From a virus: DNA of 64,000 bases. The notes beneath the pieces are model-generated. The model did no database searches. It was not told where the DNA came from and saw nothing but the letters and a program-made list of their open reading frames with translations. This document shows positions 40,157 through 50,698 of this stretch, one piece after another (the first letter of the stretch is position 1; every line of letters starts with the position of its first letter). Where the stretch lies: IMG/VR virus record IMGVR_UViG_3300046170_000173; one strand, given 5' to 3'. The position numbers and the translations under genes were made by a program.

Positions 40157-40797
40157 TGGTAAAATTGGACATAAAGAACCGGAACCTCTTGGAGATTTTG
40201 GAAGACTTCCGATATACGTATCGAGAGTTGTATCAACCCGAACAGACAAACCGATGTCTGGTCGAGGAGTTGCGTGGACAGTCAGACCACTACACGGGCG
40301 AAGAGGAGATGTGGCGTGTCATTGACGAAGGTCGTGACCACAGAGGTGCCGCAGAGAACTCCGTCTGTTATCCCATCAAACCCGATCACTACTTTGGGAC
40401 ACACCCAGAAGAATACCGCAAGACGTGGAACGCACTGAACTCCAGTTTTATGGAGGAACTAGGTGTGCAACACAGTGCGCTCTCAACACTCTACCCACCA
40501 GGCGGGTTCATCGGTTGGCACAACAACGCAGACGCATCCGCATATAACGTAATCTTTACGTGGTCCGAGAGAGGAGATGGGTGGTTCAAATATGTCGACC
40601 CCAAGACAGAACAGGTCATAACGGTTCAAGACGAACAGGGGTGGAATTGCAAAGCGGGATACTTTGGAGACTACGACTCAGGTAATGTAGTCTACCATGC
40701 AGCAAGAACAGAATGTTACCGTATGACTCTCAGTTACGTATTGGGTCATGACGAAGACTATTGGAAAGATTGTATTGAAACGATCACCAATATGTGA
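40153..40797 (+). CDS. Putative DSBH/2OG-Fe(II)-like oxygenase, paralog of 16496-17203
   Basis: LYPPGGFIGWHNNA...GWF.Y..P...W.CKA.YFG...YHAA...R.TLSY. Confidence 0.5.
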   Translation: MMVKLDIKNRNLLEILEDFRYTYRELYQPEQTNRCLVEELRGQSDHYTGEEEMWRVIDEGRDHRGAAENSVCYPIKPDHYFGTHPEEYRKTWNALNSSFMEELGVQHSALSTLYPPGGFIGWHNNADASAYNVIFTWSERGDGWFKYVDPKTEQVITVQDEQGWNCKAGYFGDYDSGNVVYHAARTECYRMTLSYVLGHDEDYWKDCIETITNM

Positions 40798-40831
40798 TAT
40801 AATGTAGTTTTGAAAACCCCACGGATTATAC

Positions 40832-41278
40832 ATGCTTAATATTGAAGTGATACACAAGGAGTGGACAGAGGACTCTGTTATTCCTATGCACCAACTGGAT
40901 GAGACATCACGTCAAATCCCCATGCTACACGCAAAGTATTTAGAATACCTCACCGTAACCAAACTTACCCTACGTCGCGCAGAGGCGTCACAGAAGATCC
41001 TGTTGAAGGAGAAGTGGTTGTACTACAACGGTAAGATGGACCCACAGACTCTACAGGAGAAGGGGTGGGATCCAGATCCATTCAACGGTCTCAAGATTCT
41101 CAAGGGTGAGATGGACTACTATTACGACTCCGACCCAGAGATCTCTAAGTCTGAAGACAGAATCGTCGCACTTAAAGCACAGATAGATAGTCTTACAGAT
41201 ATTCTTAACATGATCAAATGGAGGCATTCGACGATCAAGAACATGATTGATTATCGTCGATTCGAGGCTGGTGGATAA
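40832..41278 (+). CDS. uvsY: Recombination mediator UvsY
   Basis: IPMLHAKY, KWLYYNGK, YYDSD; synteny with uvsW. Confidence 0.85.
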   Translation: MLNIEVIHKEWTEDSVIPMHQLDETSRQIPMLHAKYLEYLTVTKLTLRRAEASQKILLKEKWLYYNGKMDPQTLQEKGWDPDPFNGLKILKGEMDYYYDSDPEISKSEDRIVALKAQIDSLTDILNMIKWRHSTIKNMIDYRRFEAGG

Positions 41279-42794
41279 CAAGATTCGCATTAGGATGAAA
41301 GACTACTCCCATTTTATGGTAGAGGCCCATCCAGCCCAAGAGAATGAGTTGAAGGAATACTTCTCGTTCTTTGTTCCTGGCTACAAGTACATGCCTGCAT
41401 ATAAGTCTCGACATTGGGACGGAAAAGTCAAACTCTATAACATGATGACTAAACAGATGAACGTGGGTCTCTACACGCACCTACGGAAGTTCTGCGCGGA
41501 TCGTTTCTACCCACTGGAGATTGTTGAACATGAGACTTATGGGATTCCTTCGTTCCGTGAAGACATCGACCATCCTGCCCTTATTGACTTTCTATCTCTG
41601 CTTGATGCTCCTTTTAAGCCACGAGACTATCAATACAAGGCAATTTCTCATGGGGTGGAGCACCGAAGATGTATCCTTCTTTCTCCCACTGGTAGCGGGA
41701 AGTCATTTATTATATACAATCTTTTACGGTATTGCTACGAAGTCACCGAAGGAAAAATCTTAGTCATCGTCCCAACCACGTCTCTGGTGGAGCAGATGTA
41801 TAAGGACTTCGAGGAATACGGTTACGACGTAGAAGAGTTCTGTCATCGTATCTACTCCGGTAAGGAGAAGGTTACGGACAAACGTGTCATAATATCTACA
41901 TGGCAATCCATTTACAAATTCGGTAAGGAGTGGTTCGAACAGTTCGAATCAGTCTTTGGTGATGAGGTCCACCTGTTCAAGGCGAAGTCTCTGACTACCA
42001 TGATGGACAAGTGTGTCAACGCAAAATACCGTTTCGGTCTTACGGGTACTCTCGATGGGACGGAGACAAACAAACTGGTTCTGGAAGGTCTGTTTGGACC
42101 TACGTTCACTGTTACACGAACGATTCAACTCCAGAAGGAAAATCAACTCGCAGACTTGGATATCTCTGTTCTCCTCTTGAGGTATCACAATGATGTCTGC
42201 CAACAAGTCAAGGAGATGACGTATCAAGAAGAGTTAGATGCGATCGTCACCTACGAACCCCGTAATCGATTTATCAGTAAACTGGCAATTGATCAATCGG
42301 GAAACACCCTCGTGATGTTCCAATTTGTTGAGAAACATGGTAAGGTTCTGCACGAGATGATCAAGTCTATGGCTGAAGAAGGACGTAAAGTATTCTACGT
42401 ATCTGGTGAAGTAGATGCCACAGACAGAGAACAAATAAGAGGGATAGTAGAAAAGGAAAATGATGCAATTATCGTTGCTTCTCTTGGTACTTTTAGTACT
42501 GGTATTAACATCCGCAATCTTCATAATATTGTATTTGCGACACCATCCAAGTCTCAAGTCAAAGTACTCCAATCGATTGGTCGTGGTCTTCGTAAGTCTG
42601 ATGATGGTCGGACTACTAGACTTTTTGATATTGCTGATGATCTTCATATTAGGAGTCACAAAAACTTTACACTGAAACATAGCGGTGAAAGGATTAAGAT
42701 ATATACTAAAGAGGGATTTAGATATAAGATCTATCCCATAAACTTAAAACCAATAAGAGTGGAACAAGATGTCGAAAGCAATCTCTTCGGTTAA
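41271..42794 (+). CDS. uvsW: SF2 helicase UvsW
   Basis: PRDYQ, SPTGSGKS, DEVH, GLTGT, QSIGRGLR; GTG start at 41271 chosen from the GAGG RBS. Confidence 0.93.
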   Translation: MDNKIRIRMKDYSHFMVEAHPAQENELKEYFSFFVPGYKYMPAYKSRHWDGKVKLYNMMTKQMNVGLYTHLRKFCADRFYPLEIVEHETYGIPSFREDIDHPALIDFLSLLDAPFKPRDYQYKAISHGVEHRRCILLSPTGSGKSFIIYNLLRYCYEVTEGKILVIVPTTSLVEQMYKDFEEYGYDVEEFCHRIYSGKEKVTDKRVIISTWQSIYKFGKEWFEQFESVFGDEVHLFKAKSLTTMMDKCVNAKYRFGLTGTLDGTETNKLVLEGLFGPTFTVTRTIQLQKENQLADLDISVLLLRYHNDVCQQVKEMTYQEELDAIVTYEPRNRFISKLAIDQSGNTLVMFQFVEKHGKVLHEMIKSMAEEGRKVFYVSGEVDATDREQIRGIVEKENDAIIVASLGTFSTGINIRNLHNIVFATPSKSQVKVLQSIGRGLRKSDDGRTTRLFDIADDLHIRSHKNFTLKHSGERIKIYTKEGFRYKIYPINLKPIRVEQDVESNLFG

Positions 42795-43194
42795 ACACCT
42801 AAAGTTAGTAACAGGTGAAGAACTGGTATGCGAGTTGATGAGTGAAACTGGTGATTCTATTGTCATCCGTAACGCGTTATCCTTAATTGAAAAAGATCTA
42901 AGCACTGGTGATAAGTACTATGCATTTAAGACGTTTATGGTTTATCAAGACAGCCCTCAAAACGTTATTATCATTTTCTTTGATAAGGTAATGTCTGTTG
43001 CCGTTCCTACTGAAGAGATGCAAAGACAATATACTGAAGCCATTAAAGAGATGAAAGAATATAATGAATCTCAGGAACTCAAGAATCAAGACGATGAATG
43101 GGAGAATGACTTATCTTTAGAAGAGTTCTTAAATGAAATGGATCGTGGTAATGACTTCATGGATTCTGACGTAGAAGGAATGATTAAGAACTAG
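42769..43194 (+). CDS. Hypothetical protein (Sm-like N-terminus)
   Basis: LKLVTGEELVC motif; position between uvsW and gp55. Confidence 0.65.
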   Translation: MSKAISSVKHLKLVTGEELVCELMSETGDSIVIRNALSLIEKDLSTGDKYYAFKTFMVYQDSPQNVIIIFFDKVMSVAVPTEEMQRQYTEAIKEMKEYNESQELKNQDDEWENDLSLEEFLNEMDRGNDFMDSDVEGMIKN

Positions 43195-43272
43195 AGCTAT
43201 ACTATTCTCCCCTTTGGTTAAAGAGATTATACAGTATAAATCAGATTCTGTCAACACTTTTTTTAAAATATT

Positions 43273-43713
43273 ATGAAAATAGGCTTCACATGTTCAACGT
43301 TCGACCTTCTACACGCAGGTCACGTCCAACTTCTACGTCACGCTAAAGATCGGTGTGACTACCTGATAGTAGGTCTACAGACAGACCCCACCATCGATCG
43401 TCCCAACACCAAAAACAAACCCATACAGACTTTGGTTGAAAGATACACTCAACTGAGGGCGGTTAGTTATGTCGATGAAATTATCCCATACCAAACGGAA
43501 CGAGATCTCGAAGATATTTTGTCTCTATATAATTTGGATGTTCAGATATTGGGCGAAGAATATCGTGAGAAGGATTTCACCGGAAAGGATATCGGTCGTA
43601 AACGGGGAATAGAGTTTTATTTTAATGAAAGATCTCATAGATTTTCTTCAAGTGAATTGAGACAAAGAGTCGCCTATAATACAGGAATTGGGTTGACATA
43701 TAAGTCAAAATAA
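43273..43713 (+). CDS. Glycerol-3-phosphate cytidylyltransferase-like (TagD family)
   Basis: STFDLLHAGH (HxGH), LIVGLQTD, VDEII, RFSSS. Confidence 0.85.
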   Translation: MKIGFTCSTFDLLHAGHVQLLRHAKDRCDYLIVGLQTDPTIDRPNTKNKPIQTLVERYTQLRAVSYVDEIIPYQTERDLEDILSLYNLDVQILGEEYREKDFTGKDIGRKRGIEFYFNERSHRFSSSELRQRVAYNTGIGLTYKSK

Positions 43714-43721
43714 GGTATAAT
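43693..43721 (+). promoter_or_regulatory. Sigma70-type promoter for gp55
   Basis: TTGACA-17-TATAAT. Confidence 0.75.
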
Positions 43722-43751
43722 TACCGCATTAAAATTTGGAAGTTGTATATC

Positions 43752-44342
43752 ATGAAACCTAAAGAAAGACCACATTACGTCAATAATAGAGACTTTTCTA
43801 ACGCAGTCGTCGAGTACTGTACTTCTGCCCAAGAGGCAAAAGATGTCGGTGAGTCCACACCGATCGTCACAGATTATATCGCTTCCTGCTTCCTAAAGAT
43901 CGCAGAGGGTCTCTCTCATAAAGCAAACTTTGTTCGTTATACCTATCGTGAAGAGATGGTCATGGATGCGGTCGAGAACTGTCTCAAGGCGATCGAGAAT
44001 TACGATATCGAAGCTGCAACCCGATCGGGCAAACCAAACGCATTTGCTTACTTTACACAGATCTCATGGTATGCATTCTTGCGTCGGATCCAAAAGGAAA
44101 AGAAACAACAAGACGTAAAGATGAAGTTCATCGCAGAGGCAGATGTTGCTGAATTCCTTGATGATGATGGTGAGGGATATGGACATATGCAATATGCGTC
44201 CCCCTTTATTGATACGCTACGTATGCGTATCGATGCAGTGAAGGGTGCTGACCAAGAGTTTAAAGAGTATGCGAAAGAAGAGAAGAAACGTAAGCGTCGT
44301 GCCGTTAACGTTGACTCAGATTTATCGGAGTGGATGGAATAA
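43752..44342 (+). CDS. gp55: Late-transcription sigma factor gp55
   Basis: HYVNN..F, KIAEGLSHK.NF..Y, NAFAYFTQI..AFLRRI.KEKKQ. Confidence 0.93.
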   Translation: MKPKERPHYVNNRDFSNAVVEYCTSAQEAKDVGESTPIVTDYIASCFLKIAEGLSHKANFVRYTYREEMVMDAVENCLKAIENYDIEAATRSGKPNAFAYFTQISWYAFLRRIQKEKKQQDVKMKFIAEADVAEFLDDDGEGYGHMQYASPFIDTLRMRIDAVKGADQEFKEYAKEEKKRKRRAVNVDSDLSEWME

Positions 44343-44461
44343 TGTGGACTTATGAATGTAAAGCGGGAACCTACAAAGAGGATTCTCTACCTCGCTTGGT
44401 GTGGACTATCTTCACGCACCGACTACACCATCTCATTGAGGACGGAAGATTTTCAGATTAA
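44342..44461 (+). CDS. 39-aa hypothetical protein (not in ORF track)
   Basis: TAATG-coupled to the gp55 stop: MWTYECKAGTYKEDSLPRLVWTIFTHRLHHLIEDGRFSD. Confidence 0.45.
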   Translation: MWTYECKAGTYKEDSLPRLVWTIFTHRLHHLIEDGRFSD

Positions 44462-44463
44462 AC

Positions 44464-44492
44464 TTGACATACTCCCTGTTGTATAGTATAAT
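44464..44492 (+). promoter_or_regulatory. Sigma70-type promoter for gp47
   Basis: TTGACA-17-TATAAT. Confidence 0.75.
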
Positions 44493-44522
44493 AGCCGGTA
44501 TATAAGTTGAGTTAAGTTTTTT

Positions 44523-45581
44523 ATGAAGATCGCTATATTGAATGACACCCACTGCGGGTGTCGTAATTCGTCTGAAATTTTTATGGATTACCAAGAACGC
44601 TTCTATACGGAAGTGTTTTTCCCTTATCTGTTAGAAAATAACATCACCCAAATCCTACACCTTGGAGACTATTACGACAATCGTAAGACGGTCAATCTCA
44701 AGGCGCTCAGTCATAATCGAAGAATATTCTTAGATAAATTGCGTGAGTACAACATCCACATGGACATCATCCCAGGCAATCATGATGTCTATTTCAAAAA
44801 TACCAATGAACTCAATTCCCTGAAAGAGTTGATGGGTCACTACATGAACGAGGTCGACATTCTTATGGATCCGATCGTGCGTGACTACGATGGTGTTAAG
44901 TTCGGTCTTGTACCTTGGATATGTCCAGAGAATGAGGAAGAAATTAATACCTTCCTTGACAATTGTGGGGCAGATGTTATCGGTGGTCACTTTGAACTTG
45001 CTGGATTCGAGATGGACAAGGGAATTGTTTGTAAGGATGGTATGGATACCGCCCCCCTTCAGAGGTTCGAGACGGTCCTATCCGGTCACTTCCACACCAA
45101 GTCATCGCAGGGTAACATACACTACCTTGGTGCCCAGATGGAGTTCTTCTGGAACGATGCGCACGATCCCAAGTACTTCCACATCTACGATACAGAGACG
45201 CGCGAACTGACGCCCATCCTTAACGAGGTGTCTATCTTCCATAAGATCTACTATAACGAAGATCAGGTCAACTACTTCGAAGATCTCTCTTATCTTGATG
45301 GTAAGTTTGTCAAACTGATCGTGAGCAACCGATCTGATATGAAGAAGTTTGAACGATATATTGAACGCATTCAACAACAGAAGATCCACGAACTCAAGAT
45401 CGCAGAAGACTTCCGTGAGTTTCGTGGTGAGAATGTAGGTGACAATGAAATAAGTATTGACGACACCGAAACTTTAATCTATAATTACATCCAAGATGTA
45501 GACACTGACCTTGACAAAGACCGAATCAAAGGATTGGTTTCGGAGTTGATGGTCGAGGCACAGAGCGTAGAAATTGCATGA
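44523..45581 (+). CDS. gp47: Mre11-like recombination nuclease gp47
   Basis: DTHCG, HLGDYYD, GNHD, SGHFH metallophosphoesterase motifs. Confidence 0.93.
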   Translation: MKIAILNDTHCGCRNSSEIFMDYQERFYTEVFFPYLLENNITQILHLGDYYDNRKTVNLKALSHNRRIFLDKLREYNIHMDIIPGNHDVYFKNTNELNSLKELMGHYMNEVDILMDPIVRDYDGVKFGLVPWICPENEEEINTFLDNCGADVIGGHFELAGFEMDKGIVCKDGMDTAPLQRFETVLSGHFHTKSSQGNIHYLGAQMEFFWNDAHDPKYFHIYDTETRELTPILNEVSIFHKIYYNEDQVNYFEDLSYLDGKFVKLIVSNRSDMKKFERYIERIQQQKIHELKIAEDFREFRGENVGDNEISIDDTETLIYNYIQDVDTDLDKDRIKGLVSELMVEAQSVEIA

Positions 45582-47302
45582 TTAAATTCCAGAAACTCCG
45601 TTGGAGAAACTTTCTTTCGACGGGTGACTATTTTAACGAGATCGACTTCCTAGAGAACCCTACAAACCTAGTGGTTGGAGAGAACGGCGCGGGCAAGTCC
45701 ACTATGTTGGATGCCCTGTCGTTCGCCCTCTTTGGTAAGGCGCATCGTAAGATTAATAAAGCACAATTAGTAAACACCATCAATAATAAAGACTCCAGAT
45801 GTGAAGTCGAATTCACTGTTAATGGTGTTCAGTATAAAATTATTCGTGGTATCAAACCCGCAAAGTTTGAGATCTGGAAAGATGGTAGTATGATCAACCA
45901 GAGCTCACACGCGCGTGAGTACCAAGAGATTCTTGAGAAGAACATCCTACAGATGTCTCACAAGAGTTTCCACCAAATTGTTGTTCTCGGTTCGTCGTCT
46001 TTTATCCCATTCATGCAACTCAACTCAACCTCTCGGCGTGACGTGATAGAAGACCTTCTTGATATTAACATATTTTCCAAAATGAATGTGATACTCAAGG
46101 AGAAAATCTCTCTCCTCAAAGGCGAGCTCGAGAACAACAACCATTCTATTGAGATGGTCAAGACGCAGATATCTTCTCAAAAGAAGTATATTCGTGACCT
46201 GAGTGCCATCAACACTGCACATCGAAAAGAGAAGGAATTGGAGATCGAATCTCTAAACGCGGACATCGCAACCTTCAATGAGACAAACGCAGAATTATCA
46301 GAAGCCGTCAATACATTGTTGCCTGCGGTTACAGAAGAATTAAGCAAAATGCGTACCAATAAGACCAAGTTGGAGAAGTATCGCACCAAGTTTGACACAC
46401 AGGTTAAGTCGGTGGTCAAAGAGGCAAAGTTCTTTGAAGACAACGAACATTGTCCTACATGTGATCAAGAAATTGGTGATGAGTTGCGTCATAATAAACG
46501 CGCAGTCGCGACTGCCCGCGCACGTGAACTCAAAGATCTTATGGAGAAGGCAGACGCACAATTGGGCGACTACCAGTCTCAGATCGACAAACTCGAAGAG
46601 GACATGGCAGAACTGTTACACAAACAGAATCTCATGAACAACAACATGCAGTTGATCTCACGATTGACGCAGAACGTCCAGAAGATCCAGAGTGATCTCG
46701 CAGAGATGGCAGACAGTTCCGGTGACATGGCACAGGCCAACAAAGACCTTAGCAACCTTGATAACGAATTGCACGGGTTGAATGACAGCAAATACACTCT
46801 CAGTGAGAAGTCGTCATACAACCGCGTTGCGTCCGAACTACTCCGCGACACTGGTATCAAGACCAAGATCATCAAACAATACATTCCGGTCATCAACGAA
46901 CTCACCAACAAGTATCTACAGACGCTGGACTTCTTCGTCCACTTTGAGTTGGATGAGAGTTTCAATGAGACCATCCGATCGCGTTACCGTGACACTTTCT
47001 CCTACGACTCGTTTTCAGAAGGTGAGAAACAACGCATCGACCTATCCTTACTCTTCACTTGGAGACACATTGCCAAGATGAAGAACTCCGTATCAACCAA
47101 CCTGTTGATCCTAGATGAGACATTTGATTCGTCTCTCGATGGTGAGGGCGTCGACAACCTAATGAAGATCATTGACACTCTCAAGGAAGACACCAACGTA
47201 TTTGTAATCTCTCACAAGACCGAACTAGAGGACGCCCACTTCGAACGCAAACTGTCGTTCGTTAAGGACAAAAACTTTAGTCGAATGCGAGATATTACTT
47301 GA
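45578..47302 (+). CDS. gp46: Rad50-like ATPase gp46
   Basis: GENGAGKS, CPTC zinc hook, FSEGEKQRID, LDETFD. Confidence 0.95.
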   Translation: MIKFQKLRWRNFLSTGDYFNEIDFLENPTNLVVGENGAGKSTMLDALSFALFGKAHRKINKAQLVNTINNKDSRCEVEFTVNGVQYKIIRGIKPAKFEIWKDGSMINQSSHAREYQEILEKNILQMSHKSFHQIVVLGSSSFIPFMQLNSTSRRDVIEDLLDINIFSKMNVILKEKISLLKGELENNNHSIEMVKTQISSQKKYIRDLSAINTAHRKEKELEIESLNADIATFNETNAELSEAVNTLLPAVTEELSKMRTNKTKLEKYRTKFDTQVKSVVKEAKFFEDNEHCPTCDQEIGDELRHNKRAVATARARELKDLMEKADAQLGDYQSQIDKLEEDMAELLHKQNLMNNNMQLISRLTQNVQKIQSDLAEMADSSGDMAQANKDLSNLDNELHGLNDSKYTLSEKSSYNRVASELLRDTGIKTKIIKQYIPVINELTNKYLQTLDFFVHFELDESFNETIRSRYRDTFSYDSFSEGEKQRIDLSLLFTWRHIAKMKNSVSTNLLILDETFDSSLDGEGVDNLMKIIDTLKEDTNVFVISHKTELEDAHFERKLSFVKDKNFSRMRDIT

Positions 47303-47327
47303 CACTGACCGGATATTGTTATATAAT
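47299..47327 (+). promoter_or_regulatory. Sigma70-type promoter for gp45
   Basis: TTGACA-17-TATAAT. Confidence 0.75.
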
Positions 47328-47354
47328 GTCCCACATATTAACTGAGGAATCCCT

Positions 47355-48032
47355 ATGGAACTTTCAACCCGAACTGTCGAGATCCTACGAAACTTCTCGA
47401 CGATTAACCAGAACATCGTAGTCAATGGTGGTAACGTCATCAAGACTATGTCTATTGCAAAGAACATCGTATCTCAGGCAGAGATTGAGGAATCTTTCCC
47501 TAGCTCATTTGGCATCTATGACCTGTCAGAGTTTTTGTCGGTCTTGTCTCTCGTAGACAATCCTTCAATCGAGTTTGGTGAAAACTTCTGTACCGTATCC
47601 GACGGCAGTGGTCTTTCCTCAGTTCGTTATTTCTACTCAGATCCAGAAATGCTCTCTGCGCCTAAGAAAGAGATCATCATGCCTGAGTGCGAGGTCAAAT
47701 TTCTTCTCACTAACGAAACCCTAAGTAAGATCAAACGAGCATCGTCCGCATTAGGTTATGATACTATTTCTATCCGACCAGATGGTAACTCTGTGCGCAT
47801 CGATGTCGTTGATACAGAAAATACGACTTCTAATTCATACTCGATTCAAGTCGAAGGAACTTTTCCAGAAGGAGCAGACTTTAAATTTGTCATGGGTGTG
47901 AATAATATGAAGTTGTTGGGTGATGATTATGAGGTGTCGATTTCAACTAAGTTGATCTCTAGTTTCCGATCGATATCTGGTAAGACTGAATACTTTATTG
48001 CACTAGAAAAATCTTCAACATACGGAGCATAA
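47355..48032 (+). CDS. gp45: Sliding clamp gp45
   Basis: LRNFSTINQ, FGIYDLSEFL, YFIALE. Confidence 0.93.
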   Translation: MELSTRTVEILRNFSTINQNIVVNGGNVIKTMSIAKNIVSQAEIEESFPSSFGIYDLSEFLSVLSLVDNPSIEFGENFCTVSDGSGLSSVRYFYSDPEMLSAPKKEIIMPECEVKFLLTNETLSKIKRASSALGYDTISIRPDGNSVRIDVVDTENTTSNSYSIQVEGTFPEGADFKFVMGVNNMKLLGDDYEVSISTKLISSFRSISGKTEYFIALEKSSTYGA

Positions 48033-48033
48033 A

Positions 48034-48249
48034 ATGACTGAAGACCAAGCTACATTTTACGACCTCGCAAACCGCGTTGCCCGTTCATGTGTCGCAGTAG
48101 TAGATACTGTTGTAACACGTGGTGGGTTCAAAGGTGAGGAACTTACAACTATCGGACAACTGCGTGACCAGTCAGTACAGGTCGTCGCATTATACGAGAA
48201 GTTGGCGAAAGCACACGCAGAGGCTGAAGAAGAATCAGACGCTGAGTAA
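48034..48249 (+). CDS. Hypothetical protein
   Basis: 71 aa; VDTVVTRGGFKGEELTTIGQLRD; GGAG RBS. Confidence 0.7.
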   Translation: MTEDQATFYDLANRVARSCVAVVDTVVTRGGFKGEELTTIGQLRDQSVQVVALYEKLAKAHAEAEEESDAE

Positions 48250-48323
48250 ACCTTTTGGGGCGGTGGGTAACTTCTCTTTCACCGCGAATATTTTATTATG
48301 ATTAACCCATCGCCCCGTTTTTT

Positions 48324-48562
48324 ATGAAACTGTATGATCCCCTAATCGCAAAAGAGACCTCAATCCATGTTGCACTTGGGACGGTCATCAACTATCCACT
48401 TAACATCTTCTACACATGGTTAGCAGTTGTTAAGTGGGGTATCACGGACCCTATAACTTTGTCCACTATTCTTACTGTCGGAATATCCTTCGTCGCGTTC
48501 ACTCGCATATACATAGTAAGGACTCTTACAGAAAGACGTAAGACCAAACTTAATAAAGATAT

Positions 48563-48572
<10 letters not shown>
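48324..48572 (+). CDS. Small two-TM membrane protein
   Basis: 82 aa with two hydrophobic segments; its stop codon lies inside the tRNA. Confidence 0.55.
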
Positions 48573-48638
<66 letters not shown>

Positions 48639-48651
48639 CTTTGGAGACACC

Positions 48652-49245
48652 GTGAATTTATCTACTCAGGTATCAGACACATTTGCTCGGTCTATGACTG
48701 CGTTCTTCCGTCTGTTTGCAGATCTCTTTTTCCGCAAGCGTTACGGTCACCGCGCACTCGTTTTAGAAACAGTTGCAGGGGTACCAGGCATGGTCGCGGG
48801 TATGATGACCCACCTTTACAGTCTACAGGCGTTTAAGAAAGGTCACGGTACCAAGATCCACGAGATGCTCGCAGAGGCGGAGAACGAAAGAAAACACCTC
48901 ATGTTTTTCATGGAGGTAATCCAACCGTGGTTCATTGAACGTGTAATCATCATCCTTGCCCAGTTTATCTTCTGGCACTACTATCTGGTGATGTTTGTTC
49001 TATTCCCCCGAACCGCACACCGCATGACTGGATACTTCGAACAGGAAGCGGTACAAAGTTACACAAACTATTTGGAACTGATCGAGTCCGGAGAGATCGA
49101 AGATGTCCCCGCACCACAGATCGCAATTGACTACTACAGCGAACTCCACGAGTTCTCTAAGTTGTCTGATATGATTAAGTGCGTCCGTAATGATGAGATG
49201 CACCATGCCAAAGTCAACCACGCATATGCGAATGGACGACTATAG
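48652..49245 (+). CDS. aox: Alternative oxidase (ubiquinol oxidase, di-iron)
   Basis: RYGHRALVLETVAGVPGMV, EAENERKHL, GYFEQEAVQSYT, PAPQIAIDY, DEMHH: the four AOX iron-ligand motifs. Confidence 0.9.
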   Translation: MNLSTQVSDTFARSMTAFFRLFADLFFRKRYGHRALVLETVAGVPGMVAGMMTHLYSLQAFKKGHGTKIHEMLAEAENERKHLMFFMEVIQPWFIERVIIILAQFIFWHYYLVMFVLFPRTAHRMTGYFEQEAVQSYTNYLELIESGEIEDVPAPQIAIDYYSELHEFSKLSDMIKCVRNDEMHHAKVNHAYANGRL

Positions 49246-49379
49246 GATAAATTGATTGTTTTTATCGATATAACCGATCGTATTTGTCACTTTGTTATAG
49301 ATAAATAGATTGGAGAAATCGGTTTACACGAAGGGGATAATGCGGTATAATGTCCCCTTATTATATTATGGAGTGGTAA

Positions 49380-50324
49380 ATGAGTAACGAATTCTTATGG
49401 GTGGAAAAGTACCGCCCAAAAACTGTATCCCAAACTATCCTACCCACAGAACTGAAAGACACTTTTCAGAACATTGTGGACGGTGGAGAAATCCCGAACA
49501 TGATGTTTAGTGGGACTGCTGGGACAGGTAAAACTACAGTCGCCCGTGCGATATGCGAGGAACTGGAGTTAGATTACATCGTAATCAACGGGTCCGAAGA
49601 AGGCAACATTGACACACTACGAGGAAAGATCAAGCAGTTCGCCTCTTCTGTCTCGTTGGCTGGTGGTTACAAAGTCGTCATCCTTGATGAGGCAGACTAC
49701 CTAAACCCCCAGTCAACCCAACCCGCGTTGCGTGGGTTCATCGAAGAGTTCTCGAACAACTGTCGGTTCATCATGACTTGCAACTTCGAGAACAAGATCA
49801 TCGACCCATTACACTCGCGATGCACTAAGATCGCGTTCAATGCCACCAAGAAGACTCTCCAGTCTCTCTCGGCGGAGTTTATGCAACGCGCGATGACCAT
49901 TCTCCAGACGGAGGGTGTAGATTATAATAAGGATGTCCTTGCGCAGGTCATCATGAAACACGCACCGGATTGGAGGCGTGTTCTGAATGAGTTGCAGAAA
50001 GGATCGATTTCGGGGTCACTGAATGTGGCGTCTGCTCTCAGCGGAGAAGTCGTGGACAACTATACTCAGTTGTTCGGTGCAATCCGTGATAAAAACTTTA
50101 AGAAGATGAGGACGTGGGTCGTCAATAACATTGACGTAGAACCAGCGGCGGTATTCCGTGGTGTCTACGATCGTATGTATGACCATGTCTCCCCGAATAG
50201 TATTCCACAACTTGTTTTGATACTTGCTGACTATCAATACAAGAATGCGTTTGTCGCAGATCATGAATTAAACATGGTCGCCTGTCTCACAGAGGTGATG
50301 GCAAACGTGGAGGTCAAAGCGTGA
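49380..50324 (+). CDS. gp44: Clamp loader large subunit gp44
   Basis: LWVEKYRP, GTAGTGKT, LDEAD, SRC. Confidence 0.95.
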   Translation: MSNEFLWVEKYRPKTVSQTILPTELKDTFQNIVDGGEIPNMMFSGTAGTGKTTVARAICEELELDYIVINGSEEGNIDTLRGKIKQFASSVSLAGGYKVVILDEADYLNPQSTQPALRGFIEEFSNNCRFIMTCNFENKIIDPLHSRCTKIAFNATKKTLQSLSAEFMQRAMTILQTEGVDYNKDVLAQVIMKHAPDWRRVLNELQKGSISGSLNVASALSGEVVDNYTQLFGAIRDKNFKKMRTWVVNNIDVEPAAVFRGVYDRMYDHVSPNSIPQLVLILADYQYKNAFVADHELNMVACLTEVMANVEVKA

Positions 50325-50698
50325 GTCCGTTTGATTTCCTAAACAGCATTAACAGTACCAAGGTAAATTTACTCGATAAGGATCCGGAAAATATTAATCA
50401 ATACAATAGCTTCCTAGTAAATAGGTCGCTTTCATACTTTCCAGATACTGTGTTAATTAGTAACGAAATGAACAGGTTGCATCATATAGATGCGAGACTT
50501 CAACACGATTTTCTTATAAATATTATACGTAAGAAAAAACGTTTCTCGAAATGGGATAAACCCCAAAGTACAGATATCGAGTGTATCAAAGAGTATTACG
50601 GATATAGCGATTCCAAAGCGAAGCAGATTATTGGACTCTTAACCTCGGGACAATTACAAGAACTCAAAAATAAGGTTAATAAAGGTGGAAGAGAATAA
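50321..50698 (+). CDS. gp62: Clamp loader small subunit gp62
   Basis: PFDFLNSIN, VNRSLSYFPDT, RKKKRFSKW, YYGYS. Confidence 0.9.
   Translation: MSPFDFLNSINSTKVNLLDKDPENINQYNSFLVNRSLSYFPDTVLISNEMNRLHHIDARLQHDFLINIIRKKKRFSKWDKPQSTDIECIKEYYGYSDSKAKQIIGLLTSGQLQELKNKVNKGGRE

Noticed and set aside
48652-49245. Cyanophage PTOX
   Set aside because: Motifs (LETVAGVPGMV, EAENERxH, PAPxIAIxY) are AOX-type rather than the LETVARVPYF PTOX type.
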